The notes beneath the pieces are model-generated. The model was not told where the DNA came from, made no database searches, and saw only the letters and a program-made list of their open reading frames with translations. From the NCBI RefSeq assembly GCF_006345805.1, contig NC_043002.1:28582001-28646000 (forward strand): 64,000 bases of DNA, given 5' to 3'. Below are positions 12,940 through 27,076 of the stretch, in pieces (the first letter of the stretch is position 1; every line of letters starts with the position of its first letter). The stretch is from Octopus sinensis (lineage: Eukaryota). The translations under genes were made by a program, and so were the position numbers.

Positions 12940-14700
12940 TAATGATTATTGTAGTAGCAGCGACTGTGATAATGGTGGTGGTGGTGGTGGCGGCGGCGGC
13001 GGTCGTCGTCTTCGTCGTAGTCGTGGTCGTCGTGATATAATGTTGTTGAGGGTAGTGATGATGTGGATGAGGAGGAGAAGGAGGAGGGAGGGGAGAAAGA
13101 GGAAGAGGAGAAAGAAGAAGAGAAAGAGGAAGAGGAGGAGAAGTAGGAAGAGGAAAAAGAAAAATAAGAGGAAGAGGAGAAGTGGGAAGAGGAAAAAGAG
13201 AAATAGGAAGGGGAAAGAGAAATAGAAAGAGGAAGAGGAGAAATAAGGGAAAGAGAGGATGGGAGAGAATATGAGGAGTGGGAGAAGGAGATGAGGGGAG
13301 GAGGGGAGGGAATGAAGAAGAAGAGGAAGGGGGAGGAAGGATGAGGCAGAAGGGGATGAAGAGGAGGAGGAGGAGTAAGCGGAGGAAGGTTTGAGGGGAT
13401 ATGAGGGTGAGATGAGGAGGAGAGGGAACATGAGGGGAGAGGAGGGGGATAAAAGGGGAGGGGAGGGGAGGAGGGGAGGAGGTGAAGGTGGAGGAGGAGG
13501 AGGAAGATAACGACAACGACGGCCACGACATTGACGATAACGACGAAGGCGATCATGATGGTTATGATGATGATGAAGACGACGACAACGAGGACAAGGA
13601 CGACAGAGAAGTTGATCCTGATCATAACAACGACAAAGGCAATGATAATAATGATGCTGCTGATGATAGTTTGGTATTGGTCGTCGTGATGACAGTGGTG
13701 ACGTCAGCAGCGAGTAATGATAATTAAAGATTGTAATAGCAGTAGCTTTTATGACGACGACGACGACGATGATGATGACGATGATGATGACAATAATGAT
13801 GATGACGATGATGATGATGATTATGACGACGACGACGACGACGATGATGATGATGATTGTGTTACTGGTGGTGGTGGTGGTGATGGTAGTGGTGGTGATG
13901 GTTGCCAAAGATGGAATTAGGCAGAGTGGCGGAGTACACATCGAGGAATCCCGTAAAGATCTGGCCGCCTTCACATATCGCCTCTTGCTTCTCCAACTAA
14001 ACATGATGAATTGACAACCAACACCGCCTCGTTTGTAATTAATTTGCCGTTTTAGGAATTTAATTGCAAATGAAATATGATTTTTAAAAAAATAGCTAAT
14101 GAGAATATCATCAACACAAACAACTGCAACAACACCAGCATCAGCAATAGTACCAACAATAACAACAGCCACAGTAGCAGCAACAAGAACAACGACATCA
14201 ACAACAACAATAATATTGGTAATAATAATAATAATCTTTCCTACTTTTTAGTAGGACTAGGCCTGAAGTTTTGAGGAAGGGGACTAGTCGATTGCATCGA
14301 CCCCAGTACGCAACTGGTACATAATTTATCGACCCCGAAAGGATGACAGGTAAAGATGACCTTGGCGGAATTTGAATAATAATATATTTATAATTAGAAG
14401 AAGATAAGAAGAAGAAGAGAAGAAGAAAAGAAGAGAAGAAAGAAAGAAAGAAGAAGAAGAAGAAGAAGAAGAAGAAGAAAAGAAGGAAGAAGAAGAAAGA
14501 AGAAGAAGAAGAGAAGAAGAAGAAGAAGAAGAAGAAGAAGAGGAAGAGAGGAGAAGAGAAGAAAGGAGGAAGGAGGAGGAAGAGAAGAAGAAGAAGTGAA
14601 GAAGAAGAAGAAGAGAGAAGAAGATGAGGAGGAAGAGAGAGAAGAAGAGAGAAGAAGAAGAAGAGAGAAGAAGAGAAGAAGAAGAAGAAGAGGACGATAG
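12940..14700. repeat. Low-complexity purine-rich and trinucleotide tracts (GAG, GAA, GAT, GAC, AAC)
   Basis: Directly visible; accounts for the long poly-S/E/D/I ORFs in the track. Confidence 0.9.
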
Positions 14701-15150
14701 CACAGAGTCTCTGAAATTTGGTGGGAGGGGACCAGTCCATTTGATCCACCCCGATACGCAACTGGTACCCCGAAAGGATGAAAGGCAAAGTCGACCTCGG
14801 CGGAATTTGAATAATAACAATGATGATGATGATGATTTCAAATTTTTGTATCGAAATTTTGGCCTGAAATCTCGGGGTGAGGGTAAGTCGATATTTAGTA
14901 CTTATTTTGTCGACCCTGAAAGGATGAAAGGCAAAGTCGACTTCTGAGGAATTTGATTTCAGAACGCAAAGATGGATGAAATGCCGCTAAGCAAGTTGCC
15001 CGTCGCGCTAACGATTCTGCCAGCTCACCACCTAAGGCCAGAATTTTTGAGGTGGGGTTAGTCGAAATTATCAACCCCAGTACTTGACTAGTAATATATT
15101 TTATTGACTCTGGAATATATTTTACTAACTCGGCAGGAATTGAACTCAGA
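14240..15150 (-). mobile_element. Cluster of SINE family C fragments
   Basis: Repeated gaccccgaaaggatgaaaggcaaagtcgacctcggcggaatttga blocks at about 14330, 14768 and 14910. Confidence 0.8.
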
Positions 15151-15564
15151 CTATAAAGAACCAGAAGAAATAATCCAAAGAACTTTTCTCTGCGTTTGGT
15201 TTTTTTTCTAATTTTTTTCCTAACATTGCTGACAAGGTCAGCAAAGTTCAGGGTAATGAACATTAACCCCAACATTTGCAAGGAGGAGGAGGAACAGTCC
15301 AAAATCTTGTACAAGACACTATCAATTCAAAAGAATGAAACCACTGATGTACAGATGCTACAGACACATCCATTCTACATGGATGACTTGAAAATACTTA
15401 CATGCGATAATATGAAACTAAAACATATCGGGAATTGTTCATAAATGCTCTGAGACTACGAGTAATGGATTATATGGATGTGTCAAAGTTAACATAAGAA
15501 GCTCTTTAGCCAAGGTAAATAGCAAAAAAAGTGTATCATCTTGTGTATTATGAGACATCAAAAT

Positions 15565-15623
15565 GTTCCGTCAAAAGGTTCCGTCAAAAAGTTCCGTCAA
15601 AAGGTTCCGTCAAAAGTTTCCGT
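15565..15623. repeat. ~13-bp minisatellite (gttccgtcaaaag), about 4.5 copies
   Basis: Directly visible. Confidence 0.85.
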
Positions 15624-15689
15624 TGATTCACGTAGTCAGTTGAAAATGGGTCCCTAATGAGATTTTATAAGAAATTATCTTTTATTTGT

Positions 15690-15893
15690 TCGTTTCCTTT
15701 TTCTTTTATTGTTTATGTTTTAGTTGTTTCGGTTGGTTTGACTGTGGTCAGGCTGGGGCGCTACTGTGGAGAATTTTAGTCGAACGAATCGACCTCACTA
15801 CCTTTTCTTTTTTTTTTTTCTTATTCCAAGCTTGGAACTTATTCAATCAGTCTCTTTGGCTGAACCGCTATGTTACGGGAATGTAAACACACC
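15690..15893 (-). mobile_element. SINE family A, 3' part (decayed)
   Basis: gaaccgcta...gttacgggaatgtaaacacacca matches family A in reverse. Confidence 0.65.
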
Positions 15894-15999
15894 AAAACAA
15901 AGAGTCATGGAGACACATCATATTAGTGTGTCTGGTCGGATTGATACCAAAATAACGACGTTAAAGCACTCAGAGTAAAGCCACTTGGCACAGATTGAC

Positions 16000-16560
16000 C
16001 TGGAGCTCTGCTGTACATGTGCACTAGGTTTTAACGTTCTAGCTCACTTCTGTAAACAGCAGTGCTTGGAAGTAACGTGTGTAGCGCGTTATCATCGCAT
16101 TGAACATGACCTAAAAAATTGAGCAGAGAATCTGCATCAGATTTTGCCAAAAGATTGGTGATACCTGCTCAGAGGCTTACGCAAAGTTGCAGAAAATGTA
16201 TGGAGAGTTGTGTATGAGCCAAAACAAATGTAGATAGTGACGAAAGTTCTGGGAGACCCACAACCAGCAAAACTGAGAAAAAGATCGCAGATGTGCGTAC
16301 AACTGTAAGGGGAAATCGTCGAATCATCATCCGTAAGTTATCAGAGGATGTGCAGATGAGTTACGGTTCAGATCAATCCGTTACCACTGAAGATTTGGGT
16401 ATGAAACGCATGTCTGCCAACTTTGTGCAAAAACTGCTTTCAGCTGACAACGCACCTGCCCATTCAGCGCAGATTGTACAGCAGTTTTTGGTAGGCACAG
16501 CAATCTCCGAGTACGACAGCTACCGTATTCCCCAGATTTCGCCTCTTGCAACTTTCTCTT
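16000..16560 (+). mobile_element. Internally deleted mariner (irritans-like)
   Basis: IEQRICIRFCQKIGDTCSEAYAKLQKMYG; LGMKRMSANFVQKLL joined to DNAPAHSA and PYSPDFAS; stops and deletions. Confidence 0.8.
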
Positions 16561-16587
16561 CTTATATATATAAAATAACTGTATATA

Positions 16588-17857
16588 TTAGGTCGTCAAG
16601 TATGACATTTGTTGTAAGGTATATGGTAAACTTTGACAGCTGCTCATTTTGCACCATTATTATATTTTGACAATCCTTATTTTTTGCTAGAAAGCTGTCA
16701 CATCTATTTCTTTATTTTAACTCATTTTGCGCTTTATAAAGTATTTATAAATCGTTTTTTGCTATTTTTGTTTAGAGATGGGTAAGTCGGAAAGTCGTAC
16801 AGTTTTGAAATATGAGTTCTTTCTTGGAAATACAGCATCACAGACAGCTCGGAATATTCATGGAGTATTTCATTCAACAAAAAGTATCAAATTGGTTTGC
16901 AAAATTTCCTCCTGGTAACTTTGACCTCACAAATGTGCAGCCCGGTCGACCAGAAACAAAGGTGGATAATGACGAACTGAAAGCCACCTTCGAGTCAGAT
17001 TCATCTCAAAGTGCCCGTGAATTATCGTTTTTGTTTGGTGTTAGCAAGCAAACAATATTGACTCACCTAGTTCAAATCGGTAAAGTGAAAAAGTTGGATA
17101 AATGGGTTCCACATGAAATCAATGAAAATCATAAACAGCAACGTTTGGAAGCCTGCATTATGCTACTTTCTCGTCACAAAAATGAATAATTTTTTAATCG
17201 AATTGTAACATGTGATGAGAAATAGATCCAATACAACAACCGTAAACGTTCAGCGCAGTGGTTGAACAAAGACAAGCCACCAAAACACAATCCAAAACGC
17301 AAATTTCATCAAAAGAAGCTAATGGTGTGTGTTTGGTGGTCTGGCATAGGTGCGATTCATTATGATTTCATTAAACCTGACTCATCAATCACGGCCGAGG
17401 TATACTGCAGCCAACTGGACCAAATGATGCAGAAAAAAAAAAAAGCCTAAATTAGTCAACAGATCCATTCCTATTTTATTACAAGACGACGCCAGACCAC
17501 ACATCGCAAAAATAACACTGGCAAAACTACAGGAGTTAGGGTTGGAAGTTCTCCATCATCCATCATACTCACCTGAACTTGCCCCCACTGACTACCACTT
17601 CTTCCAGAATTTGGATAAATTTTTGATAGGAAAAAAAAAAAAAATTCTGACGATGCTGTAAAACAGGTCTTCAGAGATTTTATTGACTCTAGATTGCCAG
17701 GCTTTTACAGTTCCGGGCTGGACAAGCTACCGCTGAAATGGTAAAATTGTATTGACAATATGGGTGCATACTTTGATGAATAAAACTATTCCTTGTATTT
17801 CTAAAACACTAGTAAACTTTTTTTTCTTTCCTACAAATTTCATACTTGACGACCCAA
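16588..17857 (+). mobile_element. Full-length mariner transposon (cecropia-like), inactive
   Basis: TA-flanked TIRs ttaggtcgtcaagtatgacatttgt / acaaatttcatacttgacgacccaa; about 1270 bp. Confidence 0.92.
16778..17783 (+). pseudogene. Mariner D,D34D transposase pseudogene
   Basis: MGKSESRTVLKYEF..., WVPHEI, IVTCDEK, QDDARPH, YSPELAPTDYHFF, GAYFDE*; several stops and frameshifts. Confidence 0.92.
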
Positions 17858-17864
17858 TAATATA

Positions 17865-18030
17865 TATATCATAATAATTATTCTCCGATTTGAAGCGACA
17901 GTTTTTAAATATAAGCTTCGATTTGTGAGTTCGATTCTACCTGAGGTTAGCTCATCGTTTTTCAGTCATTTGTTAATATTTAAAAAAATTGTCGCTTCAA
18001 ATAGGAGAATATATATCATTATGATATATA
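17865..18030. repeat. Imperfect inverted repeat (~50-bp arms)
   Basis: attctccgatttgaagcgacagtttttaaatat / atatttaaaaaaattgtcgcttcaaataggagaat. Confidence 0.75.
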
Positions 18031-18150
18031 TTATATACAATTATTATACAGTTATGGGTCTTCCATTGTAGCTTTCTCTCCGTAACTCGCAAAGCCTTTC
18101 GGGTTTGTTTATAAAAATATTATTTATGTAGTGTGAGTGTGTATATATAT

Positions 18151-18596
18151 ATGAAAGATGGCGGAATCCCCAAGGACATACTCTACGGAGAGCTTGCTAG
18201 GGGTACTAGGTCTGTGGGTAGACCGTTCTTACGTTACAAGGATGTTTGCAAAAGGGACGTGAAGGCCTGCAACATCAATATTAGCGGTCGGGAGGCAGTT
18301 GCCGGCAACCGGGGAGACTGGCGACGTACCGTAAAGAGGGAATACAAAGGAGTGACAGAGAGAGAGAGAGGAGAGAAGGAAAGACAAGAAAAAGATGTCA
18401 ACAAGAAACTATGGCATTACAACCAGCCAGGAACAGTCTTCACTACATTTGCGGTACCTGCCAGAGGGAGTGTTTGTCCAGGATAGGACTACACAGCCAC
18501 AGCAGGAAATGTATCAGGACATGAAATGTAAAAGCCGGACTAGACTACTTTATGCGCAACTCCATTGTCTCCCGAGACAAAAAGGATGCCAACCAA
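18151..18596 (+). mobile_element. RTE-clade LINE 3' fragment
   Basis: MKDGGIPKDILYGELARGTRSVGRPFLRYKDVCKRD, C-terminal CxxC...SRIGLHSH zinc knuckle, and an RTE-like 3' tail. Confidence 0.85.
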
Positions 18597-18805
18597 TATA
18601 TATATATATATTATATATATATATATATATATATTCAACAACAATTGAGGAATGGCCTTAATAGGCCATTCGACCCACTAGAAAGAGCAGCCAGGACTCA
18701 AACCGCCAAGTAGTAGTAATTCAGAAATTAGAGAAAATTTAAAAACATTTACCCTAAATCATCTTTAGACAATGCATTGTTTCGGTGTTTTTAATGGCAA
18801 ACCAG

Positions 18806-18847
<42 letters not shown>

Positions 18848-18852
<5 letters not shown>

Positions 18853-19236
18853 TGTGTGGTAAGAAGCTTGGTTCCCAACCACATGATTCCGGGTTTAGTC
18901 CTACTACGTGGCTGGCCCCTTTGGGAAATTTCTTCTACTATAGTCTCGGGTCAATCGATGCTTTGTGAATGGGTTTGATAGGCAGAAACTGTAAGAAGCC
19001 CGTCATGTAAGTATGTGTGTGTGTGTGTGTAAATGTGTGTGTGTTTGTCTCCCCTTCACCACTTGACAACCGGTGTTGGTGTGTTTACGTTCCCGTAACC
19101 TAGCGGTTTAGCAAAAGGGACTGGGGGAATAGGTACTAGGCTTGAAAAATAAGTCATCGGGTCGATTTGCTTGACTGAAGGTGGTGCTCCAGTATGGTTG
19201 CAGTCAAGTGACTGAAAGAAGTAAAAGAGTAAAAGA

Positions 19237-19238
<2 letters not shown>
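18848..19238 (+). mobile_element. tRNA-derived SINE family A
   Basis: Homologous to 8577-8998. Confidence 0.85.
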
Positions 19239-19280
<42 letters not shown>

Positions 19281-19919
19281 GAACTAAATAGTTCTTAAAT
19301 TGACATAAACGGGGAGGCTAATTCGCTGGTGTAAAGGTAACACACTTAGTCGCGTTAACAAAGGGATGTTTGTTCGCGTCCCATGCAGATAGGAAATCCT
19401 TCTTTTTTTTTACTGTCGAGGGCTTATGTACCCCTTTATTAGACTATTTTCTTTAGTTTTTGCACGATGATCGTTTTAAGCTTATATAACAATACCATAT
19501 ATACATATATATTGTTGCTGTTGACACACCAGACCATCACTGACAAAGTAGGCTTACTAGGGTTGCTAGTTTAGTTGCTAATAGCCCGACTATGCGACAG
19601 TTTGTACTGAGTTAAACGTTACAAATAGCTTTAAAAATGACCCGAGATATATATATGTGTGTGTGTATGTGTGTGTGTGTATGTATGTATGTATGTATGT
19701 ATGTATGTATGTATGTATGTATGTATGTTACATGTACGTATGTACGGATGCACGTACATGTACAAGCCAATGACTGATGACATTATACAAACCATTGATC
19801 TTTCGATCGGTAGATCGATACATTATCTTCTTGACCAATTTGCGACTCTGACAAGAACTTTAAGGATTAATGATTTCTTATGACTAAGCATAAAGACCCT
19901 ACATTTATGACTTCCTCAA

Positions 19920-20395
19920 CTGATTAACAACGAAGACTAATTAGCATCAGAGACTGATCAGCATAATACACTGATTAGCATCAGAGATGATTAGCATAAT
20001 CGACTGATTAGTAAAATTGATTGATTACTACAATACATTGATTTGTAATTGTCGTTGTTGTTGTTGTTGATCCCTAGGTCAACTTTGATAAGGTAAACTT
20101 ATAGAAAGACATTCCAACCATGACTATCTCATCTCTGTAGCTTTATCTAAAACTACATGACTTACTCAGTGTTACTTTTCTCGTGTATGAAAATAGATTA
20201 TGACTTAAAGAAAATTTGGCTGCCATTTCTGGCAAGTCGAGTGATGTCGTAGAGGTTCTTGCTGTAGCTCGAAGACTGATTTGTAAAATAGACAAATTAC
20301 TATAATTATAATTGATATCATAGACAGCTTCATTACGAAAAGAAGCGAATTGATATAATAGACAGATTGATTAGCATAACAGATTGATTAGTAAG
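19920..20395. repeat. Degenerate ~17-bp minisatellite (gactgattagcataat) split by an interspersed repeat
   Basis: Units at 19935-20045 and 20273-20393; the insert at 20070-20258 is the reverse complement of 26747-26930. Confidence 0.65.
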
Positions 20396-20419
20396 AACAT
20401 GGGAAATTATAATCATTCA

Positions 20420-20950
20420 TTTTGAGTGAAGTATAGTAGTATAAGTGGAGTATAGCAGTGTGTGTAGAGTGGTGTAGAGTATCGTAAGTGGAGTGTAGTG
20501 GTGTGTGTGAAGTGGAGTAGAGTATCGGATGTGAAGTGGAGTATAGCACTGTGTGTGGAGTGAAGTAGAGTATTGTATGTGGAATGGAGTGGTGTATATG
20601 GAGTGGAGTGGTGCATATGGAGTAAAGTGGTGTATATGGAGTGGAGTGTAGCAGTGTGAGGGAGTAGAATATGTGGAGGGGAGTAGAGTAGAGTAGAGTA
20701 TGTAGAGTGTAGCACTGTTTATGGACTGGAGTGTAGCAGTGTGTGTGGAGTAGAGTATTGTGGGGATGTAAAGTGGAGTATGATGGCGTATGTGGAGTGT
20801 AGTATAGTGATGTATGTGGAGTGGAGACTAAAGTGGTCTATTGAGTGGAGTGTAGGAGAGTATGTTAGTAGTGTAAGCGGATGATGTGAAATGAGGGAGG
20901 TATAGCGAAGTATATGGAGTGAAATACATAAAGGAATATTGGAGTAAAGT
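20420..20950. repeat. Cryptic GTGGAGTGTAG-type minisatellite
   Basis: Recurring gtggagt(g/a)tag units spaced about 27 bp apart. Confidence 0.75.
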
Positions 20951-21029
20951 AGCTTCAACTTCAGTATGAAACCGGATCATTGCAGATTCAGTTCGCTTGC
21001 AGCTTGGTGGTAGCGGTGGCGGTGGAGAC

Positions 21030-21545
21030 GGTGGTGGTGGCAATGACTCTTGGGGGAGGAGAAACGTTGTCACGGTGGTGGTGGTGGTGGTTGTAGTCGG
21101 CGTCGTCGTCGTCGTATCGGTGGTGGTGGTGGTGGTGGTGATGGTGAGTGTGATGATTGTTATTGGTGGCAGTGATGGTGGTGGAGGCGACGACGGTTGT
21201 GGTGGTGGTGATAGTGATGGTGGCGGTATCGGTGGTGGTGATGGAGCTATTGCTAGTAATGGTGGTGGTGGTGGTGGTGGCAATGACTCTTGGGGAGGAG
21301 AAACCTTGTCACGGTGGTGGTGGTGGTGGTTGTAGTCGTCGTCGTCGTCGTAGTATCGGTGGTCGTGGTGGTAGCGGTGATGGTGGTGGTGGTGATGGTG
21401 AGTGTGATGATTGTTATTGGTGGCAGTGATGGTGGTGGAGGCGACGACGGTTGTGGTGGTGATGATAATGATGGTGGCGGTATCGGTGGTTGTAGTGTGG
21501 TGGTGGTGATGGAGCTTTTGCTAGTAATGGTGGTGGTGGTGGTGG
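21030..21545. repeat. ~240-bp tandem duplication of a GGT-rich unit
   Basis: gcaatgactcttggggga...gtcacggtggtg at about 21040 and 21280. Confidence 0.8.
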
Positions 21546-21977
21546 TGGTGGTGGCGATGATGAACGCACTACTGATATTTTTGGCAGTGTTGGCGGTAGT
21601 CCTGCTACTGTTACTGTTGATAGCGGTGTTCGATTTATCTTAGTCCAGCTGTCATCTCAAAATTTTCCAAACAGAAACTAGTTTGACTTAACCCCTACAA
21701 CCAGTTTTAGTAATTACCGTTAAATCTTTGTTGCTGGTGTCATTTTAACAACAGAATTTCCAAGTTTTAATCCATTTTCCGACTTAATCACTTCATTGGT
21801 TTGTGCGTGTATGTTTGTATGTATTTATGTGTGTACGTATGTATGTATGTATGTATGTATGTATGTATGTATGTATGTATGTATGTATGTATGTATGTAT
21901 AGATCGATAGATAGTGAGAGATATATAGACGTTTGTGTGCATGTGAATGTGTATATACGTATGAATATGGAGGTGTG

Positions 21978-22012
<35 letters not shown>

Positions 22013-22562
22013 GCAGAAACATATATATACATACATATTTATATGTGTGTTTTCTTGTCGAAATATAGCTCTAAAAACATCATTACCGACCAAAATATCG
22101 TTTTGCCATGGTAACGATGACATCTCTTCTTGCTTGCTCGATCTGCTTATAATAACAGACAAATCTCTTAAAAATCTCCCACCTAACCTCTTTCACAAAC
22201 AAAAGTGGACATGATACATTATCCAGTGGATTTCTAGATAAACAATACGATAGATTGATCACAGCTGAAGTCCGTTTAAATCCGTTTAGCCATCAGAATA
22301 TCAACAAACAGTACCAGTGAATTTTGTACGAAAACTTCCAACACTTCCAAAAATAAATGATTAATTTATTTTACTTTGTTGTTCCTTCTCTTGCAGCATG
22401 ACTAAATTGACTTAAATACAATTGAAACCGGTAGCCTATTTAAATGAAAATGTAGATATTTTCTCTCTTTATTCCTGATAAAATTCTTCCATTTGCTTTT
22501 AATATAAATTTACTTACGTGAAAACTCTCCCTGTCAATGCATAAGGGCTATAAGGGCTTTTA

Positions 22563-22662
22563 NNNNNNNNNNNNNNNNNNNNNNNNNNNNNNNNNNNNNN
22601 NNNNNNNNNNNNNNNNNNNNNNNNNNNNNNNNNNNNNNNNNNNNNNNNNNNNNNNNNNNNNN
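22563..22662. other. Assembly gap (100 N)
   Basis: Run of exactly 100 N. Confidence 0.99.
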
Positions 22663-23048
22663 AAATAGAGATAGAAGCAAAGGCAGGAAAATGGGATGAG
22701 AGATAGAGGGAGAGGGAGAGACGGAGTTAGAGAAAGAAAGGGAGAAGCGGAGGCCTTCCAGTGAGAATGGTAAGTCAGACAAAAAGAAAGAGTGTAAGAG
22801 AAGAGAGGGAAAAGAAGAGAAGAGAGCAAGTGAAGGAAATATCTAGGTGGTGGGGGATAGGAAATTGAAGAATATTTTGAGAGACTGGGAGGGGAAAGGG
22901 AGGAAGAAAAGGCAGGAAAACTGAAGAAAGAAGAAAAATAGTTAGAAAGAGAGAAAGAGAAAGAGGGAGAAACAGAGAGAGAAACAGATGGACAGAGACA
23001 AAATATCAGTTAGAGAGACAGACAGAAGAGAAAGAGAAAGACCCACAA

Positions 23049-23085
<37 letters not shown>

Positions 23086-24272
23086 AACACATCGTCATAC
23101 AAAGACAAAGTGACGGCAGACAAGCGAGAGAGAGAGAGAGAGAGAGAGAGAGGCAATGGCATGTAAGGATAGGAAAACTGAGGCATATATAGAAGCATAC
23201 AGAGAGAGAGAGAGGGAGAAAGAGAGGGATGAAGTGGGGTAAACATAAAAATATGGAAAAATAAGACAGACATGAAATGTAAAGATAGAGAAAAGAAGAG
23301 AAAGAGGGACGGTAAGAGAGAGACAGTAAAACATGCAATGGGGAGAGAGAGTGAGAGAGACAACCAAAGGGAGTATTAGAGAAAGGAGGAGTATGTGAGA
23401 CAGAGATATCTAGTGTGGAGATAAGAGAAAGCGACGGAGAGAGTAAGAGGGAGAACGAGAAAGCGAGATACGAGGTAGGAGAGAAAGTGACATGAAGTGA
23501 AGAAGTGAGAGAGAGAACCAAAGAGAGTGAAAGCGAGTAAAAGAAAGAGAAAAGGGGGAGTGAGACATGAGAGCTCGAAGTGAAAGACATTATCTGAAGG
23601 AGCAAGAGAGACTTGGATATGAAATGAAAGAGAAATTGTGAGAGATGGAGAAAGCTTAAGAAGAATGAGTTAAAGAAGAGGAAGTAACAGAGTAAGGATA
23701 AATAATGAAAGAGAGACATTCGAGAGAGAGCTTAAGTGAATCAGAGAGAGAGAGAGAGAGAGAGTGAAAGCGGGGGGGGGGCGCAAGAAAGACTGCGTCC
23801 AAGAAACGTGAAGTGGAATCGAAAGAAAGAAAGGGGAAGAGTAAGATTTCAGATAGGAAGGTAGGGAGAGACCGCAAGAGATGGAGATAAATAGAGAAAG
23901 AGAGCGAAAAAGAGATGAGAGAGATTAAGTGAATTAGAGAGAAGGAGATAGTGCAATGGGGATTATCTCAGAGACAGATAGCCAGACAGACAGACAGACT
24001 AAGAGATGTGACGTGAAATACAGAGAGCGATGAGGAGAGACCAAGGTTATCTTAAAGAGAAAGGTAGAGATGTAGAGATAAAGGAAAGAAAGGAAGGGAA
24101 ATAGTAAGAGATACAGAGAGAGAGAAATGCAGTTGAGTATCACATAGAAAGAAAAGGAGATCGTGAAAGAGAGACGGCGACGAATGGAAATAGAAAAAGA
24201 GTGAAGATGAAGAGAGAGGAAGCGAGAAGAGGGGGGGAAGTATTCGAAAGAGGAAAATGAAGAGAGAACTGC

Positions 24273-24325
<53 letters not shown>

Positions 24326-24440
24326 GCAGGCAGGCAGATACACAGACACGCACACACACAGACAGACAGATGGACAGGAAGAGAGAGAGGTTGAGAAAAG
24401 AAGAGAAGGAAGGAGAGGATCGGAGGAACAGGAGAGGGGA
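22663..24440. repeat. Long GA-rich low-complexity tract
   Basis: Strong purine strand asymmetry with (AG)n and (AGAT)n. Confidence 0.85.
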
Positions 24441-24719
24441 ACGAGTGAGGATGGTGTATCAGACGACGATGGAATGATGTATATAGAATGATTATGATGA
24501 GGTTATTTAGACAGGACTAAGGTGAAAATAAATTGACGAGGCGATGATGAGATATATTCATAGCAGCTTGCCTTAACAAATATTTCCTCTTTATTTCATC
24601 TGCAATTGTACATTAGGCAGCCATAACTGACAACATTGCACATGAAATGGGCAGCACACAATTGCACACAGATTTCTCGTGTGCAATATAACGTGAAACA
24701 GCAATTTCTGAAAAGGCTG

Positions 24720-26220
24720 CCATCATCACCGTCATCAGTTCCGCCACCTTCACCCCCCGCCGCCAATAACAGCCGCTGTCATCACCACTACCACTACATA
24801 ATAATTAATAACTACCACCACCATCATCACCATCATCACGCTCACTATTGTCAACATCGTTCCCTCCACAATCATCAGCTTCTCAGCCCCAGTACTACTA
24901 CCTCCACCACCATCACTACCAAATATACTGCCACTACCACCACCACCACCACCACCTCCGTCATCACCACCACCACCAATAAATCCACTGACACAACCAC
25001 CACTATCACCACCACCACCACTATCATCACCGCCATAACCTCCAACACCACCACCACCACCACCATCAGCACCACCATCACCATCACCACCACTATCACC
25101 ACCAACATCGTCAACATCACCACCACTGCAACTACTTCCTCCACTACTACTTCTGCGACAATCACCATCATGACCACTTGACTTCTACCTATACCACTTC
25201 AATCACCACCAAACTACCATTACCGCTACCACCACCACTACTTTCACTACCACCGCCTTGATCACCACTATTGCTACTCTTACTTCTACCACTACTCTCA
25301 CTATTACCATCACTACCACTGTTTTAACCGCCACCACCCAACTACTACCACCTATTTTAAAGCTAAACGGTGTCATGGAAGTGAGTAGACAATTTCAGGG
25401 ATAATTAGCAACGCATGAGCCATTACGGTGGAATGGATTTAAAGTTCAAGACCGTCAACTTCTTTCATTTTACCTTCCTCCTCGCAGGACCAAGAGTTCA
25501 AACACTGATACAGCTACTGAGTCACTGTACCACCACCATGTACCACCATCACCCATACCACCATCACTAATACTACCATCACCCATGCCACCAGCACCCA
25601 TACCACCATCACCAATACTACCATCACCCATGCCACCAGCAACCATACCACCATCACTCATACCACCATCACCCATACCACAACTACCACTATCAATACC
25701 AACAACTGCAATGCCACTACTACCAATATCACCGCCACCACCAATACCACACCAGCAAACAACAATACTACCCTCACTATCACCAATACCACCACCACCA
25801 CCACTACCACTATGATCACCATCACCACTACAACCACCACTGCCATCACCCACACCACCACCAGCATCACCACCAGCATCCACCAGTATTTACCACCGAC
25901 CCCATCGTCTTTACCGCCAAACCCAAAGACGCCACCATCTTTGTTCCTACCAACCACCATTAGTTCTACCACCACCAAGTTAATTCTTGTCCACCGACGC
26001 CACCACTACCACTACCATCACCACACTATCCGCTAACATCACAACCAATAACACCACCACCACCACCACCTCCGCCTATGCCACCGCCACTGCCATCATC
26101 GTCTTTGGATCTTTGGTCAATCTGAGTTGACAGAAACTGTATTTCGATCAGCTCGTTTCAATGGATATATCATCATCAGTAGCAGCAACAGCAACAGTAG
26201 TAGTAGTAGTAGTAGTAGTG

Positions 26221-26257
<37 letters not shown>

Positions 26258-26261
26258 CAAC

Positions 26262-26293
<32 letters not shown>

Positions 26294-26297
26294 CAAC

Positions 26298-26329
<32 letters not shown>

Positions 26330-26362
26330 CAACAGCAGCAACAGCAACAGTAGCAGTAGTAT

Positions 26363-26407
<45 letters not shown>

Positions 26408-26440
26408 CAACAGCAGCAACAGCAACAGTAGCAGTAGTAT

Positions 26441-26491
<51 letters not shown>

Positions 26492-27045
26492 CAACAGTAG
26501 TAGTTAGTAGTAGTGGTAGTAGCAGCAGCAGCAGGATCGTCGTATCGGCGGCGGCGACATCCTTATCATTATCATCATCATCATGAACAACACCATCGTC
26601 AACATCGCCACCAACATCATTCAACACCATTATCACCACCATCAGCATCATCGTCATCACCATTGTCGTCATCATCGTCGTCGTCGTCGTCATCATCATC
26701 ATAATCATCATTACCAACAAGTTGACTTCTAACAAGCGCCAGCGGGGAGAGTTTCAATGTGGTCGCTTCATTAGCTAGAAATAGTAATTAATCTCTCTGA
26801 AATTACATTCTGCCGTCGGTAAGAAAATGGAGTCCATATTGGATTATGTAGTCAGAAACTATGTGTTACAAGATGGGATGGTTACGGCTGGAATGTCTTT
26901 CGCCATAGGCTTACTTGAATAGGTCTGGTCTGCAGTTAAACATCAACATCAACCCCACCATCATCAGTATCATCAACAGGATCATAAGTTATGATCACAA
27001 TTATCGTCGTCGTCATCACTACATTGCCATTTCTATTATCACTAC

Positions 27046-27076
<31 letters not shown>

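Noticed and set aside
12896-14947. Long ORFs of 200-400 aa
   Set aside because: Translations of trinucleotide and purine-rich repeats with no domain content.
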